Of a DNA stretch of 64,000 nucleotides, positions 57,597 to 64,000 are shown one piece after another. Source of the stretch: Cycas panzhihuaensis (lineage: Eukaryota; Plantae; Cycadophyta); the NCBI GenBank assembly GCA_023213395.1, contig CM041465.1, positions 213,535,741 to 213,599,740 of the forward strand. The letters run 5' to 3'. Both the position numbers and the translations under genes were made by a program. The notes under the pieces were generated by a model. The model worked only from the letters and a program-made list of their open reading frames with translations, was not told the DNA's origin and made no database searches. Within the stretch, counting starts at the first letter, position 1; each line of letters starts with the position of its first letter.

Positions 57597-60500
57597 TCTT
57601 AGGTAATGTTAACCTATGAAATATTAAATTATTGTAATTACTCCTTTGATGTGCACTAAGGGGTTATAACATAAATGCTTCTTCATGTTATATGTCATTA
57701 GTTGGCTATGTGGCTCTTAAATTATGATTGGACAACTAGGTGGTGATATGTATTATAAATATATATTAGTTTGATATAATACAATTGGAATTGGTTACTT
57801 CCCACAAGTACATTATATTGTATGTTTGTACATATTATTCTTTTATTTGTTCACCTATATGTCTCATGTTTCATAGTTTTGTATGATCCTAGACTTGTTT
57901 TGGATATTTATTTCTAATAATTGGCATCAGAGGCTTAGTTTAAGCTTATTTTTGACCCCAATTAGGTTGTAAGACTATGAGTATGTCCACTTATCAAAGG
58001 TGTATTCTAAACTTCTTCTAAGCATGATTGTTTATGATCAATGAGGGGGGTAATTTGTTTATTTATTAGGAGATGTTCTACTATAGGTTGTGAATGATTT
58101 CAAATAATGTTTTGCAGGGCACCTAGAGTATGTTAGTGTCATAAGCTTAGAGCATGTTGGTGTCATGAGCCTAGAGCATGTTTGTGCTTATGCATGAAAA
58201 TCCAACTAAAGCACAGGTGTTGTAATTATCTCAAATCCCATAGAGGTTTATCACAAGTATGATTCTTTTTAGGAATAGTTATTTGCATGTTTTGTTAGTA
58301 TATATGTAGGTGTTACATATGAGTCTAAGAGTAGGGCTTTAGATATAGGCTTGATCACCCTATGAAGCTAATGATATGGTGAGTAGGCCATTGCTTCCTC
58401 TATTATGTGATGAAGTGATAATGATTGATAAGAAGGGTTTTGTAGTATAAGTTGGCATAATAGATGGATTTACTCATTTTGAATATATTAATATGTTTGG
58501 GGCTTTAATATGGAGCTTGATAATCATGTTGAGAACTTGTACATATGAAATTTATATTGGCTAAGAAGTGTGCATGCAATAAGGATTTGTAGGTTTATTG
58601 GAATTTTGTTGGTGCACCACCTTGTCAACAAGTTGGAGGTTATTAGTTATTATTTGATGATAAGAAGCTATATAGTAGGCTCAAATCTCATAAAAATTAT
58701 TATGCACTCCCTTGTTTCTAATTTGGAGTAGAGATAAATGGGGTTTATGATAGAAAACTAAGAAATCTGAGATGTGGACAGAGGTTATAGACTGTTATAA
58801 GAGCTATGGCAATGTGCCAATGAAGCAATGATGGTTTGTATAGTCCTAATAAGGAATTAGACCAATGTTTCCTATATTTCACTCATGTTTTACTTTAGAA
58901 ATTATTGTAGATAATAGATCATTATGTTGGAAGATTATAGAAGTGAATTAATATAAAATATAAAGGCTAAGTATCTCTGTTGTAGTGTCAGGTAGATTCT
59001 TGGCCTGTTGGTCAAGTTTCCATTGAGTTGGGCACTTTTTAACATGGATTTTTTGTTGACAAGATGATATTTGAGGGCTCCAAACCCTTCTACATACCAA
59101 GAAGTATATTTTAGAAGCTTTTTAATTGAAAAATCATTAAGTTTTTTAGCATGGGGGTCATCAAATGCTCCATGATCACACATATGTTGCACAAAGAAAT
59201 ATAGTCAAATGGCAGTAAATGTTTTAGAATATAAAGTTTATGAACTTTATAAACTTTTATTAAAGTGTTTTTAATGTTAGTTGAGATCTACAAAGCCCCC
59301 CATGAGGTCATATGGGTCTTTTAATATGATTGGAGGCCAATTTAAAAATGTGTCATTTTTAAAAAATATTTTTTTACTAAAAACAATACCTATGCTTAGT
59401 GCAACTATGATATCTATCTCATGTGACATCAGAATTGAATTCCATTGGTTGTATTGCAAATATGACTTATGAGATTTCTAATAAGTGGTCACATGATATA
59501 CTTAAAATATTTTTTAGGGAAATTTTAGTGGTGTGAAATTTAGACTTTAATTTGATAGGGTATTAAAATAGAATTTGTTCATGAAAAAAGAGGTGTTTTA
59601 TTATATGTTTTTACTTAGATAGCTATTTACATGTTTGTTCCATTGTGTAGTGGATGGGGTTAAGAATTTTTAGCTACGTTTTATCCTTGGGTGTACGAGA
59701 TCCAAAAATATGCAAAATGGGAATAGGTGAAGGTTGCTTAATAGGCAAATATTAGTGAACCATATGCATGAAAGCTATTCTAAAGGATTGACACGTATAA
59801 TTGTTGGTTACCCATATGGTTCTGTTTCCCAGCTTCCGGGAATGGAAACGGAATCACCGACTCAGGTAAGTGCAAGTATGTTTCTTGCCTTATCATTGCT
59901 TTCATTTGATGAGTGTTTGTTTGCATGTCTGCATGTGTGTGGCTTTGTAGGTGACTTTGTCTTCGTCTACACTTATTTTAGCCTATGACGACTACAGCAG
60001 GAGCACACTCCCAGTAAGTGTGGCACCCTGGTGGCCACTCCACTTCCCGCATCTACCCTCCTCACTCTAAGATCCACTAGGTTTGCGCCACCTCCGCTCG
60101 TGTGATGACCCGTCATCGTTTGGTTAACTTGCCACACTGTTTGAGCCCTATTTTTGCTCTTTTGGACCCGTTTGTTGGCTTGTTTACCCCCGGGTAGGTG
60201 TCTCAGCCCTCTATTAGCTCTTTTTGTCATCACTTTGACTAGGTGATTGGTTGAACCTATTTTGCCTCGGGCTTGTCTGTGATAATTTTTTTGGTACCGC
60301 CTAAATATCTGATCTGCAGTGGATTTTGCAAGATATGACTGTTCTAGTTTATTTTTTAAAATCTGCCATGGCAATTTCGCATTTATTGCAAAACTGCCAC
60401 GTGGCTCGTGACTTAACTCTCTCCCAGCCGCGCCCTAATCGCTCCCTTTAGGGTTTGGGTTGGGTACTTAAGTCACTTTTGACTCATTTTTGAGAACTTT

Positions 60501-62930
60501 TAGCTCACTTTTTGGATTGCTCTTCAAGGAAACAACGCTGTGCTCTACTCTTCTCTATTGCCCTACTACTACCATAGGACCTGCGTCTCTCCTACAGCGC
60601 CCAACTCTCCTTCGGTGTGGCTAGGACATCTTCCCAGCCCCTCACACACCTTGGAGAGGGCCCCTTGGAGAGATTTCAGTAGATTCTTGCCTCGGGCAGT
60701 CTTCAAGTGTTCCAAGTGCAGGTGTTCTCCTTCCAACTTTCTTAGCAGGGCCCCAAACCTGATACACCGCAGTTCTGGGTTGATTTCTCAGCCTCTCCTC
60801 GCTAACTCTTGGCTGAGGCAAGCCCCTTGCCTCTCCCACTCAGGTATTTCTTGATTTGAATTGTTTCTCTTGTGATATTAATGCTCCATCTTGCTTGCTT
60901 CTTGCTTGTCCTGGTATGGTTGGTTTTCTTCCTTTCAGTGGGCTGTTTTACCTCTGTCATAGTGCATCTTACCTGCATTTGTTGCTCAAGGCAGTGGCGT
61001 TGAGGGTTGGAATAGGCTTTGGGAAGGAGCTGGGTGGATACCGTACCACCTTCCATGCTCCTCAAGTGGCTTTAAGCCCCCCAAATCCTCCCTCTTGCCT
61101 CGTGCTATCCTTGGCACTCAAACAAGGGTTTGTTGGCCCTCTCTTAGCCACTGAAATCAGTGCTGTCACACGTTGCAGCACTAGTTTGAGGGCTTAGGTT
61201 TAGGTTTGGGCAACTTACGTAAGTCCCGACCGCTAGTCCTTGTCCGACTCTCTTCCCGGCAGCCCGGTTTGCTCTTCATAGCATCCCGGTTCACCGTAGG
61301 TGTTCTTGGCTCCTCTTCACCTCCCTGTTGCCATTTCTAGCCATCTCTCTTGGCCTTGCCCTCGTTGCCTTGTGGGTTTTAGGGGGAGGTTAGGGTGTTC
61401 TTTGCGGGAGGTGGGCTGCTCCGAGGCTTACCGGTCATTTACCTTTGCTTTGGTTACCCTCTTTTACGTACTATCATCGTTGGGTTGATACTAACATATA
61501 TGTGTTTAGATTCATGTTTGTATTACATAAACATATATTGTTAGGATCTCATTATTGCATGTTAATACCCTTTCTCCAGAAAGGGGGAGGTCGCCATTGC
61601 CTGCAGGTGCTTGGAGAGCGCAAAAGGTGTTTTCACTGGATTACATTCTTGGGTAAGTGCTCTTACGCATGTTGTGCTTTCATACTGCTTTAGTCACTAG
61701 CATTTAGTTCCTTTCTTTCCTTAGCATTGCATTTAGTATTTTTTCCGAGGAAGGTAAGAGAGCCCCTCATCCTAAATCCGCCGTGACGGCTCACATCCGA
61801 CGTGCCTCGTGGAGACGTTTGGTGCCCCTCGAGAAGGCCCTCATCACGTATGCCCCTGGTCCAAGTGCACGTCTTACTCCACCCTACTCTTTCCTTTTGA
61901 ATTCTTTTCTAGTAATTAATTCATTGGAAAACAAAAAGGAAACTTGACTTTGTTTTTTTGGTTATGCTTCATTTGTTTTATTACATGCATCTTTGCTACC
62001 CATAAGAAAGGCTATAGGAATCACCCTTTTCACCTTTCCTCCTTTCCTTGGTCGTGCAAGCTTCTTGCCTCCCGTGTTACCCGTGTGCCCAGTTAGCTTG
62101 TCTAGGCATACCCTTGATCTATTTTCTTAGGTCTTCTCCTTTGTTTGCATTTGGTTCCCCGCTTCGCCGGATAACCAAATTGACCCCGTCTATAGGCCCA
62201 CCGCTTGCCTATCCTCCTTCATTTCCTGTTATTCTAGGGAAACTCTTGAAGGTTCCTCTTCTTCCCCTTCCGGCCATCCAAGGGTGGGAGGATCCTGTCT
62301 CTAGGTCAACCCAGGCTAACCCTACGCCTCTTCACCCTTTGTTCGAAGTGGTGGAGGATCACTCTTTAGTAGCCACATTCCATTGCAGGTCCTGAACTTG
62401 CGCTCCGGCGCACGGGGCGCTCTGCGTGGTAATTACTTTCCTTATAGGTCTCTCCTTCGATCAGATCATCACCCACTCTCACCACACCTATTAGTTAAGT
62501 AGCTATCCTGTAGACGTGCATCCAGGTTCGATAGATGTTTGGATTTTATATAGACTCAACATCATATTTGAAACATGTATATAACATGGATTAAATATTA
62601 AAGGATGGAATACTAGGTAATGTTAACCTATGGAATATTAAATTACTGTAATTTCCTCTTTGATATATACTAGGCGGTCATATGCACACTTCTTCATATT
62701 GTAGGTTATTAGTTGACTAAGTGGCTCTTAGATTGTAATTGGAAAATCAAGTGGTGATATGTACTATAAATATATAATAGTTAGGCATACTACAATTGGA
62801 ATTAGTCATTTTCTATAAGTATATTATGTTATGTATTTGTATATATTATTCATTTATTTATTTACCTATATATCTTATGTTTCATAGTTTTGTATGATCT
62901 TAGACCTATTTTGGATATTTATTTCTAATA
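57597..62930 (+). mobile_element. Non-autonomous, probably copia-derived, LTR element (~2.6 kb net)
   Basis: Direct repeats 57597-57919 and 62611-62930; PBS TGGCATCAGAG at 57922-57932; PPT at ~62598-62610; TSD degenerate (GTGCT/GTCCC). Confidence 0.85.
59823..62524. mobile_element. Large solo LTR (2702 bp), relatively young
   Basis: TG...CA termini with perfect TSD GGTTC at 59818-59822 and 62525-62529; GC- and CpG-richer than its flanks; no PBS, PPT or coding domains. Confidence 0.82.
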
Positions 62931-63597
62931 GTCCCCCCCTTGCTCCTATGTAGTGATATATGGATAAATGTAGGTTAAGACAATGAGACCTAGAGATTAC
63001 TTAAAGGGGTGTGCAATAGTTGGAAGAAGATCTAGTATAAACACTCTATATTCATCATCATAGAAGATGGGTCTCCTACGATCCATGTAATAACTGTATA
63101 GTGACATAGAAGTTCCTACCAAAAATGCATTCTCATCTAGGTCATGTTGTTCTCTAATAAGAATCTCATGTAAGATAGGATCTTCAAAGTACTCAAATGG
63201 GTTCCAACCATCATGAGGTATAAATAGAGTAGTGACATGATTTGTAATGGAAGTTTTGTAACCTTCCTAAACAGTAAAGGTGGAAACTAGGGAAGGCAAT
63301 AAAGAGTCTTAAGGGAAAGACCCTAAATTCTCCAAGACCACCTAAGAGGAATGCATAAAGGATCCATGAAAGACATAAAATAAAAGATAAATAGAATGTA
63401 TGGATATAGCTCAAATAGAATGAAGGGAATAAAGTAAGGTGAATTAAGTGGATCTATGTTGATAGAAAACCCCAATGATATAGATGAATGAATGAGAAAC
63501 TAGGAAGCTTAGGTAATTTCTTAGTATAGTTGTTAGAATGATACCTATAAGGGCAGGTCACTTTAGGAACCTTAAATGAGAGAAGAAGTGATCATCA

Positions 63598-64000
63598 TAA
63601 TTTTGGGTATAATACATAATTACATAGTTAACCTCTATTCGTGTTCTCTCTAACTTATTTTATATTTTATATTTGAGGTTTCTTTGAGTTATGTGTTAAC
63701 CCATAACAAGTTGACAATTGAGGGTTCTCACATACATAGTGATTTGTACTATAAGTATATACGTCTTCTTCTTTCTAATATAAAGTTTGGCCATTCTTTT
63801 ATTTCATTATGTTAACATATATATGATTTATTATTCTTGTACCTTGTTGTTTATTCATTCACTTACCCATATCATTTATTGCATTCATAGTTGATTTATA
63901 TTCCATCATGGTATCAAAGCCATTATTTATTTTCTAACATTTGGTATTAGAGCCCAATGTTTAAACCCTAGAGGGCAACATTTTAGAGCTTGTTTTTTAG
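63598..64000 (+). mobile_element. 5' LTR end and PBS of another LTR element extending beyond the window
   Basis: ...TTCCATCA followed by TGGTATCAAAGC at 63909-63920; second PBS-like motif at 63942-63953; LTR start approximate. Confidence 0.6.

Larger units (their letters stand above)
49486..63597 (-). mobile_element. Second decayed Tat/Ogre-like gypsy internal region (outer limits approximate; interrupted at 57597-62930)
   Basis: gag ~56400-56900; PR IIDEGSSINAM ~55430; RT-RH ~53000-54300; INT ~51660-52900; candidate PPT/LTR junction at 49485-49497. Confidence 0.75.

Noticed and set aside
60430-61420. Telomere-like TTTAGGG motifs
   Set aside because: Isolated single motifs, common in plant LTRs; not an array
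59973-62395. 100-130 aa ORFs in the GC-rich segment as host genes
   Set aside because: They lie within a TSD-flanked solo LTR, overlap on both strands, and show no recognisable domains

Overview
This is AT-rich eukaryotic DNA made almost entirely of nested retrotransposons. I found no host protein-coding gene, RNA gene, CRISPR array or prokaryotic system. The lineages present (Tat/Ogre-like and Reina-like Ty3/gypsy, Ty1/copia, plant L1 with RNase H) and heavy C>T/G>A decay indicate a large-genome land plant, possibly a gymnosperm (inference). From left to right: (1) a decayed Tat/Ogre-like gypsy element on the minus strand (~1-7720, with its LTR beyond); (2) a complete 1.85 kb non-autonomous LTR element (12528-14378, TSD AGTAT); (3) an old full-length L1 (15714-21950); (4) a three-level nest of copia (27240-47861, TSD ATAGT) > Reina-like chromovirus inserted in its RNase H (34109-47032) > younger full-length L1 inserted in that element's 5' LTR (40579-46942, 17-bp TSD); (5) a second Tat/Ogre-like element (~49.5-63.6 kb) interrupted by a non-autonomous LTR element (57597-62930), which itself holds a 2.7 kb solo LTR (59823-62524, TSD GGTTC); (6) the start of another LTR element with two tandem PBS motifs. 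The most notable observations are a mini-intron-like element conserved just before ORF1 in both L1 copies, a series of canonical intron-like segments in the solo LTR, and an LTR-dating paradox in the nest. Domain coordinates and mismatch counts were read by eye and are approximate.
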